Positions 51,093 to 62,939 are shown, counted from the first letter of the stretch. The stretch: DNA of 64,000 nucleotides from Haliotis rubra (GCF_003918875.1 NW_025765403.1:1364001-1428000); one strand, 5' to 3'. The notes: a model not told the origin generated them from the sequence alone. Translations and numbers: made by a program.

Positions 51093-54000
51093 ATGTGTCG
51101 CGCACAACCAGATACAGAAGGCGGCGAAACAATTGAAAAGAAAAACGATCGTGATCAAAGTGTCAGAAGAGAAGCAGGCGATTTGAACGGAAGAATCAGA
51201 GAGTTTGACAGAACAGACATTTGGAAAGATCGGCGTTCTGGTGAAGCAGATATCCAACGTCATGCTGATTTCAAAGACTTGAAATTGCACGGAGATGAAT
51301 ACACAGGCGTGGAGAGAATAGTATACAAGAGGCTGAGCAATTGGAGAGACAGAGATTCTCGTAGTATAGACAGCAATCAGAATGAAGGTTTCAAGGAAGC
51401 TCCTTCAGACAGAAACACAGGCCAAGAGGGAGTCGATTCCTTCAGGACAGACAATTGGAGAGTTCGGGCGCCCAGGCCTCCCATATTAAACAAGATGTAG
51501 GTTTCAAAAAGTTTGACAGGCTCACAGATCGAAACCAAGGCCCAGCTGATTCTACAAAAACAGGCAACTGGAGGGATCGGTGTCCTGAGGGAACAGATAT
51601 CAAGCAGCATGTTGGCTTTAAAGCCCGGAAAAAACTCAGATGGAAACAGCCAACAATGCCAAGTTGATTCTACAAGAACAGGCAACTGGAGAGATCGGGG
51701 TTCTGAGGGACCAAATAACAAGCAGCATATATGCTTGAAAGCGCGAGAAGTAAATTCAGATGGAACCAGCCAACAATGCTCAGTTGATTCGTCGAGAACA
51801 AGTAATTGGCGTGATCGGTGTCCTGAGGGACCAAATATCAAGCAGCATGTAGGATTCAAAACACGAGAAGTACACTCAGGTGGACAAGCAAGACAATACA
51901 CAACTGATTCTACAAGAACAGGCAACTGGAGAGATCGATGTTCTGAGGGAGCAGATATCAAACGGGAAGTTCACACAGATAGAGAAACAGGACAGCATGG
52001 AAGAATTGTGAAAGGAACAGGTACACAAAGATATGAAAACTCCCGTGGCCTGGTTTTGTCCCAGCTCGAAGAACTGAAAAATAAGGATCCTTCTACTATT
52101 CTGTTCACACTGAATTCAAGAATACATAGTTTGATGGATCAACATACTCTTCCACCCAATGCTGTGTATACATTTGTAAGTCTCATAGCACAGGGCATCC
52201 AATGCAAAACTGAGTCCAGCAATGTCAGCAAAATGCTACTAGCTGTACAAGAGTCTAACTTCTATGAACATGTTTCACATATTTTGGTGTTACTTGATAC
52301 AAATCTGACAGAAGAAGACAAGACTCGATGTTTCCTAAAGGATCTGATAACCATTCTTTGTGAATTGTACATTCGACTGCCACATGCCTTTATGAAAGTA
52401 AAGGTACTTGGCTTGGAGGAACAGTTGACATTGGTAACCCAAAAGCTGCAAAGAAAATCCAATATCGTTGATGACGAAATTGTTTCTAATTTGAGTGAAC
52501 TCCAAAAACTGAAATATTCAGTTCTTCAGAAATCAGTGACAGTTAAAGAGGAGGACAGAGAAGGTGAACCTCCTGATGACTTTAGAGCTTTATCCATACT
52601 GCCAAATGCCAGTGATATCTATGGTAAAGAGATCATATTCCTGAGAAAGAATAAAACCATCGGTGGTTACAAGAATCTTGACCATTATCTAGATGTCCAG
52701 TTTCGACTCCTCAAAGAAGATTTTGTTGGTCCATTGAGGGATGGTATTGGAGCTGTTGCTGAAAACACCAAGTTGAAACAAGGACAGAGGATAAATTACG
52801 TCCGAGCATATCATGGTGTACAAATCGGTAGGAAAGTTTGTTCAACCAGTGGAATATTGCACAGACTGCACTTTGATGTAAGTGGTCTGCAGGAGATGGT
52901 GTGGGAGGAGTCCAAGAGTCTCATCTATGGTTCGTTAGTGTGCCTGCTGCCAGATGGCTTTGACACATTTATCCTGGCCACGATCACTGACAGAGACCCC
53001 AAACGTCTCAGATCAGGCATCGTAGATGTATCGATTGAATTTGGTCAGTTTGAAATAGGATCTGACATGAAATATACCATGATTGAAACAACAGCTTTCT
53101 TCGAAGCCTATCGCCATGTGCTCAGAGCTTTGCAAGAGATTCACGAAGGGGAACTTCCTTTTGAAAAGTACATCATTCACTGTGAAACCAGTCAGGACTC
53201 TCCAAGATACCTAACAAGATATTCCGGATCATCAGTTTATGACTTGCAATCACTGACAGAAAAAGCTTTGCCTGAACATATGGACGACCTTGCTTATGAA
53301 TCTACTGTAGCAGTGAATATTTTGGAAGATGAAGATTGGCCTACAGCAGCTACTCTCGGTTTGAATCCGTCACAGTACGAATCTTTGAGGAACGCCTTGA
53401 CAAAAGAGTTTTCAATCATACAAGGTCCACCAGGAACAGGCAAAACGTTTATCGGTCTGAAGATTGCTAAAGCTCTGCTCCATAATAGTCATCAATGGAA
53501 GAAGCCTATGTTGATTGTGTGTTACACAAATCATGCTTTGGATCAATTTCTTGAGGGAATCATTAGCTTTCACAGCAAAGGTGTCATCAGAGTTGGCAGT
53601 AGGATTTCAAAAGAATGCCTTGAAGGCTACTCACTAAACGTTCTAAGGTGGAGAAATCGAAGCAAACTCATGAAGCATATCAGATGGGAACACAGAGAAG
53701 CCATTGAATGGTTTCAAGAAATGCTGGAGGACGCACATGTGACACTGGAGAATGCAAGAGAGACAATATTACATGAAGACACTCTTTGTCCATACATGCA
53801 TATGTCTTATGACAAGTTGCTGAAAGGGATGAAGACCAAACTTGCAGAGCTTGAGCTTCATCTTGGCCATGAGGTGGAATTTCCTCGATGTGTCAGCCAA
53901 GAATGGCTTGGAGTGGGAAAACTTGAAGCCACTGGATATTTGCCTCAAGGCGTATTTTCAGACATATGAGTTTGGGGAAGAAAAGAAGAAGACAACAATG

Positions 54001-57000
54001 TTACTTTGGGTATGTCAACACCTCAAAATACGTCTGCCCAGAATGAGAATTTCTATGGCTTCCAGTTTCCCAAATGGCAAAGAAAAAGTGTGAAACGACG
54101 CATGCTGGAACAACTTAGGTCATCTGATCGAATGACAGAAGATGAAGCAGAACAAATTTGTGAGCCATGGAGTCTGTCTATGCATGACAGATGGCGGCTG
54201 TACAGATACTGGATTTTCAAACATCGCGAACAGCTGGAAAGAAAAATAAGGCTCTACGAAGAATTGTACAACGAAGTTTCGACAGACTTAAAGAGATTAC
54301 AAGAGACCGAGGACAGGATATTATTGGGAAATGCTACAGTGATTGGCATGACAACGACAGCAGCAGCTCGGCATCGACAAATGCTAGCCGAGATTGGGCC
54401 TAGCATCATCATGATAGAGGAAGCCGCTGAGGTTCTTGAAGGACACATCATCAGTACTTTAACCAAGAAGTGCGAACACCTGATACTCATCGGGGACCAC
54501 AAACAACTGAAGCCAAACCCAACCGTTTACAACTTGGCAAAACGGTACCACCTTGATTTGTCCTTGTTCGAGAGGATGGTGACAAATGGGATTCACTGTG
54601 ACACTCTGACTCTTCAGCATAGAATGAGGCCAGAGATATCGTCTTTGTTGCGCCATATTTATCCTAACCTTGAGGATCACCCATCTGTGTTTGATTACGA
54701 AAACGTGAAGGGGATTTCTACCAACATGTTCTTCATACAACACAGAAATCAAGAGGAAACTGATGAACAGATGGTTAGCCATTCCAATGAGTATGAAGCA
54801 GTCTACATTGTTGCTTTGTGTAGTTACCTGTTAAAGCAAGGATATGACCATTCAAAAAATCACTGTGCTCACAACATATGCAGGACAACAGCACAAAATA
54901 AGGAAGTTAATGAGGCAGGGTAATTTCCCAGATGTGAAACTCACAGTTGTTGACAACTACCAAGGTGAAGAAAATGATATAGTCCTGTTGTCTCTTGTCA
55001 GAAGCAATCCTGAAGGAAGTGTGGGATTTTTGAAAATCGAAAACCGCATATGTGTAGCTTTGTCACGCGCAAAAATTGGGCTCTTTGTTATAGGTAACTT
55101 TGAGCTTCTCGCTATGCAGAGCTTACTCTGGAGAGATATCCTGGAAGATTTGAAGAAAAAGAAGCAGGTAGGACCCACCTTGCATTTGTATTGTCAAAAC
55201 CATCAGAGTGGAACCGGAATCAACATTGAAAGTCCAAATGATTTTGAAAAGGCTCCTGATGGAGGTTGTCTAAAACCGTGTGCATTCAAACTCAAATGTG
55301 GCCATGTTTGTTCCAAATATTGCCATCCCTATGACCCTGAACACAAGGAATACCTTTGTATGAGGTCTTGCACTCAGATACTTTGCAGTAAAGGTCATCC
55401 ATGTCCACGACTGTGTCACGAGAAATGTGGACCATGTGTCGTGCCTGTTCAAAAGATCATCCCGTCTTGTGGCCATGAGCAGATCGTCCCATGTTTCCAG
55501 AATCCGAAGACATTCTCCTGTATGAATGATTGTGAGAAACTTTGCAGCAAAGGTCATACATGTCCTCGACCGTGCCACGAAAATTGTGAACCTTGTGCCG
55601 AGCCTGTTCTAAAGATCATCCCGTCTTGTGGCCATGAGCAGATGGTCCCATGTTCCCAGGATCCGATCACGTTCTCGTGTAAGAATAATTGTGAGAAAAC
55701 ATGTAGAAATGGTCATCCATGTCAACAACCGTGTCACGAGAAGTGTGGACCATGTGTCGTGCCTGTTGAAAAGATCATTCCGTCTTGTGGCCATGAACAG
55801 ATCGTCCCATGTTTCCAGGATCCGGAGACATTCTCGTGTAAGAATGATTGTGAGAAACTTTGCAACAAAGGTCATCCATGTCCACAACCGTGTCACGAAA
55901 AGTGTGGACCATGTGTCGTGCCTGTTCAAAAGATTATTCCGTCTTGTGGCCATGAACAGATCGTTCCATGTTTCCAGGATCCACACGACTTCTCATGTCG
56001 GGGCAATTGCGAAACGGATCTTGACTGTGGGCACAGATGTGGAGAAGCATGTGGGAAAGCACATCAATGCAGAGCAACAATTAAGAAGACATTCAGATGT
56101 GGACATGTGGAAGAGGTCTTGTGCATTAACAAAGACACGGTAGAGTGTTGGGTCAGATGCGGCGAGAAGCTTGACTGTGGACACATTTGTGATGGTAACT
56201 GCAACAGGTGTCACGAAGGAAGGCTTCATGTACCATGCCAGAAGATGTGCAAGGAAATACTGATCTGTGGCCATGAGTGTGGCGCCAAGTGTTCACATTG
56301 TCCTCCCTGTAGGATGGCATGTGAAAACCGCTGTCCCCACGAAAGGTGCACTAAATTTTGTGGTGAAATTTGTGACCCATGCATAGCACCTTGTGAATGG
56401 AAATGTGAACATTTTAAATGCACTTTGCTCTGCGATGAGCCTTGTGACAGACCACCCTGCAATGAACCATGCAAGAAGAAACTGCCCTGTGAACATCAAT
56501 GTATTGGCTTGTGTGGCGAACCATGCCCAATGCAGTGCAGGTTTTGCAACGCTGCTCTAGTAAGTAATGTGAGTGGAAAGCCGAATGCAAGATTCGTTTT
56601 CCTGGAAGACTGTGGGCATATTGTGGAGGTTACAAGCCTCGATAGGCACATGGCATCCAAATCAGACGAAATCCAACTGAAGAAATGTCCACACTGTAAA
56701 ACAATAATCAGATACAACATGAGGTATGGAAATGTGATCAAATCCATTCTCAGAAAACTGGAAGTTGTAAGGAAGCAGTGCAATGAACAGGCAGAGACGG
56801 TTCTGGACACAGAAGAAAGGATGATGATTGAAGTGATGGAGGATGATGAATGCGAGGGAAATACAAAAGAAATGATGCTGCGCCAAGGATTTACCAACAC
56901 TGTGGCAGGTCTCACAGCACTACAGAACCAGTTTACCCTCCTGGATGAGCTTTCAAAGATTACCGATGAATATGACCCGTTTTGTTGGTATAGAAGGCAT

Positions 57001-57388
57001 CGCTCGACATATTGATTTGGCCACTAAAGAAACAAAACTATTCCGCACATGGCTGATGATACGAAGACAAGCCTTCAGCAGACAAGACGAATCAGACGCT
57101 CAGAATGAACTGCTTAGACACAAAATGATTATTCACATGCTGGACTTAGAATTTCTTCTGGCGCCAAATCTAAAGAAAGTGACATACAGGGTTACATGCT
57201 GGTTCTGAAAGACATCCTTGTTTCTGGCAAATCTTACTCAGCTGAAAAACAAATCAGGGTTGAAAGAATATTTGACAGACTTTGGGGTACTCTCAACATC
57301 AAGTTCTCAGAGGAGATTGACAATGCAAAGGTGATGATTACACCAACAACTGGAATTGCATCTGGTCACTGGTTGTCCTGTCGCCATG
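51093..57388 (+). CDS. ZNFX1: ZNFX1-B giant exon: NWRDR-repeat N-terminus, ARM-like region, SF1 helicase, expanded NF-X1 fingers, RING-like segment; 5 apparent frameshifts and 1 in-frame TGA (possible pseudogene)
   Basis: Consecutive ORFs 51093, 51455, 51513, 54006, 54844, 56945 and 57196 are collinear with copy A. Motifs QGPPGTGKT, IEEAAEVLE, LIGDHKQL, VDNYQGEE, RICVALSRAK, ARFVFLEDCGH. Donor CATG|GTAAAT at 57389. Confidence 0.88.
51330..51965 (+). repeat. Coding ~120-bp (40-aa) tandem repeat in the ZNFX1-B N-terminus
   Basis: gattc...a(c/t)tgg(a/c)g units at 51435, 51548, 51666, 51786 and 51906. Confidence 0.9.
55381..56016 (+). repeat. Coding 159-bp (53-aa) tandem repeat x4 in the NF-X1 finger region of ZNFX1-B
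   Basis: Units begin at 55381, 55540, 55699 and 55858. Confidence 0.95.
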
Positions 57389-57691
57389 GTAAATATGTTG
57401 TTTGAGACTTTAAAAACGAGATGATTAACATTACTTGGTTTAATTAATAACGGCTGATTTTCTGTTAATTAAACCCTGATACTTCTGTAAACACTTATCC
57501 GTACATTTAATTTAATTTGCGTTATTACATACGAGATTAGGTTGCATACCCAGCTTTTATTATGTGCCTGAACATCTGCATTTTGAACAGATGAGTTTAA
57601 GAACATGGATGATGTTTGGTCTTTATTGTATAGATCTACAAAGATGGGTCACCCTGAGCCTGTCCGGGGCGAAAGATGTTAAAGGTATGAC

Positions 57692-57811
57692 GCCGACCCA
57701 TTCGAATCCCCACATGGGTACTATGTGTGAAGCCTATTTCTGGTGTCCCCCGCCGTGATGTTGCTGGAATATTGCTAAAAGCGGCGTAAAACCAAACTCA
57801 GTCAGTCAGTC
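57692..57811 (+). mobile_element. SINE family A in the last intron of ZNFX1-B
   Basis: Consensus body and tail. Confidence 0.8.
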
Positions 57812-58114
57812 TTTGGTGTCCACCAATCATAGTTTAAATAAGTTCTTGTTTCTTCGTTTGGAAAACCACAAACAATAGTATTCAAGCTAATGATGTAAGG
57901 CCGATGAAAATTGAACATTCATGTCTGATATCATGAAGTTGTTCGGGAAACATCAACTAGGTCACATAGCTTCTCAGGACGAAAGGCTTTCTATTGGATA
58001 TATTGTTTCTTAAATGCCACTGTGTTGCCGCTGTTCTACAAAGGGAGATGTTTTCATGCAATCGTATGATTGGACTCACATTTAATTATTGAGTGACTAC
58101 TCTTGCATTTACAG

Positions 58115-58236
58115 GGCATGTCTATTCAAGAGGAGAATGTCGGTATGGCTCCAATATTCGTCATATTCGTGACTGCCCCCGATGTCTCAGCAGAGTGGGT
58201 CAGAAGACACCACAAAAGATTCTGAAGACAAAGTGA
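58115..58236 (+). CDS. ZNFX1: ZNFX1-B terminal exon, RZ finger (GHVYSRGECRYGSNIRHIRDCPRCLSRVGQKTPQKILKTK*)
   Basis: Acceptor ttgcatttacag at 58114; a phase-1 join gives GHWLSCRHGHVY..GEC...CPRC; TGA at 58234-58236; AATAAA at ~58765. Confidence 0.8.
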
Positions 58237-60820
58237 CTGTTTCGACATAATGTGACTTGAAATGAAGAGGGTTGTGTAAAGTTCATATCAACGACACGTG
58301 TTGTGAATATGGAACAGTTTTCTACTTCACTTGCATATGTCAGTTTCTTTGTGATGTTGCGAGTATTGACGGGAGATTAGAGATGGAAAGGTACCCAAGC
58401 TGTAGGTGCAAACCTTATTGTTCATATAAGCTCCTTTTCTTAAATGTGCATGTAGTTAGTTTGCTCAGAGGGCGAGATTTATCAATATTGTTCACCCAGT
58501 TATACTTTCATCTGAATATCCAGTCACGAATCTATTGTCCTCTGTGTATTTGTATGTGTAATTGTATATACATGTAAATATATATCTACGTCATAATCCA
58601 ACATGGCAATGGTGGCCAAATCACTGAGCAGAGTTTAGTCCTCTAGATGTGCCGAAATTTGCGGTAAATGTGGTAAATGTCTACGACCTGAATCTGACTG
58701 TATAAAAAATGGTTAATTATGTTTAAGTTGAGTGTGCAAGCGATTCAATGTATATAATAGTTTAAATAAAGCAGTGAAAGTCGGTCAAATAATCTGTACA
58801 TAGTGAACTCACAAACATCTAATCGAACGGTTTTCGAACTCGGGACACTGCATGCGTCATATTATGACGTCATACGATTGCCAGATGTATTAGAATAACA
58901 CAGCTTCTCGGAGGAAATCTGGCGGTTACCGTGGCAGCGGGTAATATTTTTTTCCAGTTGTCACCCTCCTGGGAGGGGTGCATAATATGTCATCCTCCTG
59001 GGAAGGGTGGCACGGAAACTTGTTAAAGCGTCATTGACCAATGAAACTAAAGTCTTTTACATGAAGGTAAGATAAATGTTAATATATATCTACGTCATAC
59101 TCAAACAAATTAGGCCACCATCAGCCATGTTGGAGTATGACGAAGATGACGCTTTAAGAAGTTCGGCTCAAACATACATATTATGTAAGCTCGGAGGAAG
59201 TCCATGGGAATGTGATCCGAACTTACATAATCTGTATGTTTTTTAACATACAGTTCACCCACTGGTATCTTTATAAGCACATAAGGACGGTTTACAGCAA
59301 GGATTGTGAAACCTTGATGTTCCTGAGCAACCTCTCTAGGGAACATGAGCGGTATAAAGCCCGTGTATGAGGGAATGTAATTGGAATCTCTAACCTTGTA
59401 AATATTTGGGGAAAGTCATGTTTGATTAGGACACTGATTCTTCATACAACATACTTTCGTTGTTTTTCGTAGACATACATGTCAGAGTATCTTAGTTTAT
59501 GTCCAGTATTTTAAATTGGGTATTTGATGTCATACAAATCTGTAATTCAAATTCATTATATTTGTACAAATCATTCCACATTTGCGTCTCTGCAAGTTCC
59601 TGACAAATACCTTGATGCATTTTAGGATATGTTGTATTATATTTACTGATGTACATAAAAAGAATTTATGTTGATTTTATTCACACACTTATAACAATAT
59701 GTTCAGCAGTGTAGATTTAAACTGATTGTGACCCCAAAGTATATTATGGATCTCTATAAGAAGATTTTGTAATCATTAACAATGTTTAGCATCATTCATA
59801 TGCTCTATAAGAAGATTGTGTAATCTTCAATGCTTAGCATCATTCATCAAGCATTGCTGAGATATTTTCAGCATTGATTTGCTAATGTATCCAGAGAAAT
59901 GTATATATATTACACATATTTATGATGATCTTCACATGCATAATTATAAAAAGCAGATCTGGTCATTAGTACGTGTGTTTATCTCAGGTCAACAGGTGAT
60001 GAAAGCATCAGGATATAGGCCTTGCTTACTGGAGTCCTGTGTCATTGACTGTGAGATGTATCCCCACAAGACAGTACTAGGAACTCAGCGTGTTAAAAGT
60101 AGAAAGTGTACTAAGGAAATATTGCTGTGTGGGCAATTTATTTCTTTTTCACAAATATAGCCGTTACAGTTTTAATGTAGTTTTCCAATTACGACCTGAT
60201 TTTCTTTATATGGACACACATATATTTTTGTTACAAGCCAGTAAGACGTGATTTAATAAGATGCGTCCTTAGTAGAATAGGGCTTTTGCAAATGTATACT
60301 TCAATTTCGTAACATGTTGTTCTCACATGATAAAAATTTCAGTGGACATGACTTAATGTTTTAAAGTTAGTTTCAGAGATGAATATCTGTTGACTTTGGT
60401 CTATTACAATCGTGTTAGACTGTTGACAACCTCGCATTTTCATTTCTTATACATCTGGCCAGTTGTGTTATGCCAGCTTAATAATATGATTACACAAAGT
60501 CAAGACTACCAGTTGTCGGACTTCAATTTTTGTAGAAGTGGCTGAGCAGGTTAGGCGGCTGACTTTGTGTGCTGACGATTAGGTGACTGACTCTGAGTGT
60601 GTGGATTCGAGTCAGTGGATTCGAAAAGTACTAGAATCTATACTTTAGTAAGAACATGTAATTCCAAATATAGCATATGTTGCAGTTTAATAATAGACAA
60701 TACGTCGGTATGTATGTGTATATCTATTGCTAATTTGGTTTACCAATTTGGATAAAAGGATTAAGTTGTTTCAGGACAGACACCAGCATGTAGGGAACGG
60801 TTCCTATTATCCCAATTTCT

Positions 60821-60822
60821 CC

Positions 60823-60866
<44 letters not shown>

Positions 60867-60890
60867 AACATACATACACACACATATATA
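60821..60890. repeat. (CT)n(CA)n microsatellite
   Basis: Direct reading. Confidence 0.9.
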
Positions 60891-61352
60891 TTATATATGT
60901 ACAATACACACATATATATCAATACACACATCTTTTATGTGTAGTCTCAGTAAACTTAGACTCTGTATTATTCGTTTCACTTCTGTACTGTCTAACATGT
61001 TGCACTGCTTTATGTGACAATATATAGTAACAACATGCATGATGATAATATCTTATGTTTGTAATATGTGTGTGTTTGAGCTTAATAAACTGACTAACCA
61101 CAATTGCCAATATCCCTTTGTATATGTTTATGACGGGTGCAGTCGTTGGAGCAGGTCACCGTTTCGTGAACACTTGGTATCATCACTTGTTGACAGTAAT
61201 TCATAACGTCATGATATCTGCTTACGATTCCACTTTCGGGTGAGTTTTATTGTGGGTGTGGAAAGGATTTATCGCTTTTGATTATAACAGCTGGGTACAG
61301 CTCGGATCAAGCAATAGATACAATGTTCGAGTGTCGGAACGTCAGTCTTCCT

Positions 61353-61503
61353 TAATATAGAACAACTTTTTTATGGATAACAACTTCTTTATTTCGTGAG
61401 TGCGACGTTTCACTCTTGCTTGACAACGGTACAAGAATCTGTATCGAAACGTCGCACTCACGAAATAAAGAAGTTGTTATCCATAAAAAACTTGTTCTAT
61501 ATT
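61353..61503. repeat. Near-perfect ~58-bp inverted repeat (Penelope pseudo-LTR-like)
   Basis: aatatagaacaac...gagtgcgacgtttc / gaaacgtcgcactc...ttgttctatatt. Confidence 0.8.
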
Positions 61504-62234
61504 GTACGTCTCAACTTCTAAAATGCCACTCAAACAAGTCAGTCTTCCTTGTATTGTATTTCAATGTGCCAAACATTGGTGTAACGTTTTAGAGGCATGG
61601 TGGTCGATCCACAGTAACCTAACATGACATCATGTCGACATCAGGGGCACGAGTTGCCATAGTATTCAAAAACTATGGATCTTTGCTGTTGGGAGTTCTG
61701 TCCCTTACGTGTTCCAGGATGCAATGGTTTTGTGTGTTTGGTACACCCAGATACATCTCTGTTTTAGCACCCTTATATTGCTGGTTGGTTACCATCGTTA
61801 CGGCAGTGTCTGGCATTGATTTCCTTTAAGTCAACGTTATGCTGATGTTCAGTGATGTAAGAATGTCTTTCAAAGTGGTGTTGAACAAAACTCACTCCCT
61901 CACTCACATATTATGTTGCTGTGGTTAGTTGAAGCCGACCTTGATTATAATGTCGCTCATCACTGGGCTAGTTTTGCCCAGCTTAATATTCGTATTTCAA
62001 AACAGGTTTCGTCAAATGGGTTTGACCATCCCTACCTACTCCTCCAAACACACAAAGCTCCAGTACTCATGTTTATTATATGCTCATGTAGACTTAAGAT
62101 AGGTATACAGGGGTGCAATGCGGATGACGAGGTCAAATTCCGTATTGCAGCCCAGGTTCCGTATTGAACCCCTACCGCTACGCTATGATTTGTTTTAATA
62201 AGTAACAGATAAAAATGCAAGATAAGAGGGTATA

Positions 62235-62392
62235 TAATTAATATAGAACGTCATACTAGTGTATTTGGATGTTTTGTATTGAACGAGAAGAGGTCATGAG
62301 AGCATGGGAGTTGCTTCTCTGACATCTTCTCGTTCAATGCAAAGCATCCAAATGCACCAGTATGACGTCATGGGAGTTCTATATATTTATTA
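62235..62392. repeat. Palindromic element
   Basis: acgtcatact.gtg.atttggatg.tttg.attgaacgagaaga / tcttctcgttcaatgcaaagcatccaaatgcaccagtatgacgt. Confidence 0.8.
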
Positions 62393-62939
62393 AATCCTCA
62401 TTGCATTCAGTGCTCAGTCACTCTAAACCCTTTTTTAATATATTCCAGTGGATGGACATGATGCATCATGAAAATAGCAATTTCATGTAGCATTGAATCC
62501 AAACGTGATTCATTTTACAAAAGGTTTTGCTCTGTTTATGAGTCCTATGGTGTTTATGTTTTGAACATGTCAACAAAACCCACCATCCGTAAAATACCCG
62601 TATGTAACAGCATGATTTTCAATTTCGGCGTGTAGTGTCACAGAATACACAATTCACATGCAATGCAATGCAATTCCTATATGCGTTTCTTTTTTGGGAG
62701 AGTATATTTACTTCTTATTAACATGATGCGGCTATAAAGAGCAGATTTGTTCGTCGTTAATATCTTTTTAAGAAGGTAATCTCGAGACGTTGTGCTTTTG
62801 TGTATATATTTTGACTGGTTTGCTTCAAAATAATTGATTTCCTCGTTTAAGAATTTAAATATCGCCTCATACGGATGGTTTTACTTGGATTTGGATATCA
62901 ATCACGAAACTGGATATGTTCGACACAAAAATTGGTATA

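Noticed and set aside
53967-53969. Selenocysteine interpretation of the in-frame TGA
   Set aside because: The position does not align to a Cys in copy A, it lies in a variable linker, and no SECIS was recognised.
55270-56915. Antisense and alternative-frame ORFs over the zinc-finger region
   Set aside because: Shadows of the repetitive Cys-rich coding sequence.
60528-60625. tRNA-like A/B box sequence
   Set aside because: Too degenerate to fold; probably an old SINE head.
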